A stretch of DNA of 53,388 nt, counting the filler, from Sluysia triapertura (taxonomy: Eukaryota), in NCBI GenBank assembly GCA_046118255.1. It is 4 parts of 4 records of this genome, joined end to end, with 100 filler letters (N's around TTAATTAATTAA, not from the genome) between each part and the next. Parts side by side here need not be neighbours in the genome. Positions count along the whole stretch, not along the records: positions 37,842 to 53,388 come from JBJNIA010225461.1; 3 more parts are not named here. One strand, written 5' to 3'. Below, one piece after another: positions 52,388 through 53,388 of the stretch (within the stretch, counting starts at the first letter, position 1; each line of letters begins with the position of its first letter). Under the pieces are notes generated by a model, which was not told the origin of the DNA, searched no databases, and was given only the letters and a program-made list of their open reading frames with translations. The translations under genes were made by a program, and so were the position numbers.

Positions 52388-53314
52388 CTAGTAGAGTTTA
52401 AATTTTTAATAATTTATACTTTCATAACAAATAGCTCAAATACTTAATAAAATTTCAAAACATTTTGGCATATTTTCAAAAAAAGTGTCATATTGAAACA
52501 AGCATAAATTTATCGTCATCAAAACTTAAAGAAATAAAAGTATGCACAATAATAAATCAATAATTCGAAATTATTGAACATTATGTGATAAGGAATAAAG
52601 TAAATCTGAAACACGCATAACAAAACCTAATGAAAAATATCAATAAAGAATTTGCTACGTAAGGAATACACTATCTATATTTATGTTATTGATAACCATT
52701 TCCACTAATTTGAATCATAAAACATTTACAATTTCTTAAAAAAAACTGTACATTTCTAACTATACATATTTACACAATGAATTAGAATTTTAGAAGTGTT
52801 GCCAAAGAGGACGAAGAAAGGAATATCAGTAAGAAATGCAATAATTAATTTATAAATAATAAAACCTTTGTGTGTTAATGGTTCAGTAGTACGAATTTTG
52901 TCAGTTGGGCGAGATATCATGATGTTATAAGATGGATGAAATGTTCACGAATGAGTTTGAAATGAATTGTATTTGTGCTTATGTCTATGTTTATTGCTGA
53001 AAGGATTTTAACAACAAAATTATGTGTACAGTTGTGACACTACATCCTGTATTCAGTTTTAAATAAATCTGAGCTGGAAGCTTTCATCTAAATTTAAATT
53101 CATCTAAATAAAATTGTGATTAAAAAATTAATCTTTAAAAAATTTATCATTATTAGACTTAATAGTATTTAGGATATGTCGTGGGTTTTATGAATTTTAG
53201 ATTTTTGTAATATGAATTAAGCACGTCTAATAATGATAGCACTAGAGTAAGGTAGCACTTTAATGCAATTAATGATTAATAAAGTTTCGTGCCTTACAAT
53301 TTTAACAGATTTTT

Positions 53315-53351
53315 TTAACCTCTTGTCGCCCGGTGAGTCGTATACGACTCA
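53315..53351 (+). mobile_element. piggyBac-like left terminus with perfect 18-bp palindrome
   Basis: TTAA|CCTCTTGTCGCCCGG followed by TGAGTCGTATACGACTCA (53334-53351); same layout as 42947. Confidence 0.45.
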
Positions 53352-53388
53352 AACTGAAAACTATAATTTATTGAACAAATGCCTTTAC

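Overview
This is very AT-rich (roughly three-quarters A+T by eye) eukaryotic, apparently invertebrate, nuclear DNA. It consists of four segments (1-11861, 11962-25854, 25955-37741, 37842-53388) joined by identical artificial 100-bp spacers (N44-TTAATTAATTAA-N44), so adjacency across spacers is not guaranteed. Most of the window is microsatellite-rich intergenic or intronic DNA with decayed transposons: several Ty3/Gypsy integrase remnants, an 874-bp DD41D Tc1/mariner element with TIRs and TA TSDs, a tiny pogo/Tigger-like MITE, piggyBac-like ends, probable MULE and PIF1/Helitron traces, and a tRNA-derived head. Host-gene material comprises two phase-compatible exons of an unknown low-complexity protein, one isolated NDUFA9 exon, a clearly pseudogenised importin-5 copy and a probable decayed forkhead box. 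The standout is in segment 3: an intact, intronless 516-aa ORF with an N-terminal C3HC4 RING and about 19 tryptophan repeats, resembling the entomopoxvirus/NCLDV W-repeat family. It is flanked by what read as two decayed RING+W-repeat paralogues and a decayed tandem ubiquitin-like ORF, suggesting an endogenised large-DNA-virus ubiquitination cassette in which one gene has stayed intact. A perfect six-pentamer heat-shock element plus TATA box lies 3.6 kb upstream. All protein assignments come from manual translation and recalled family motifs; no searches were run.
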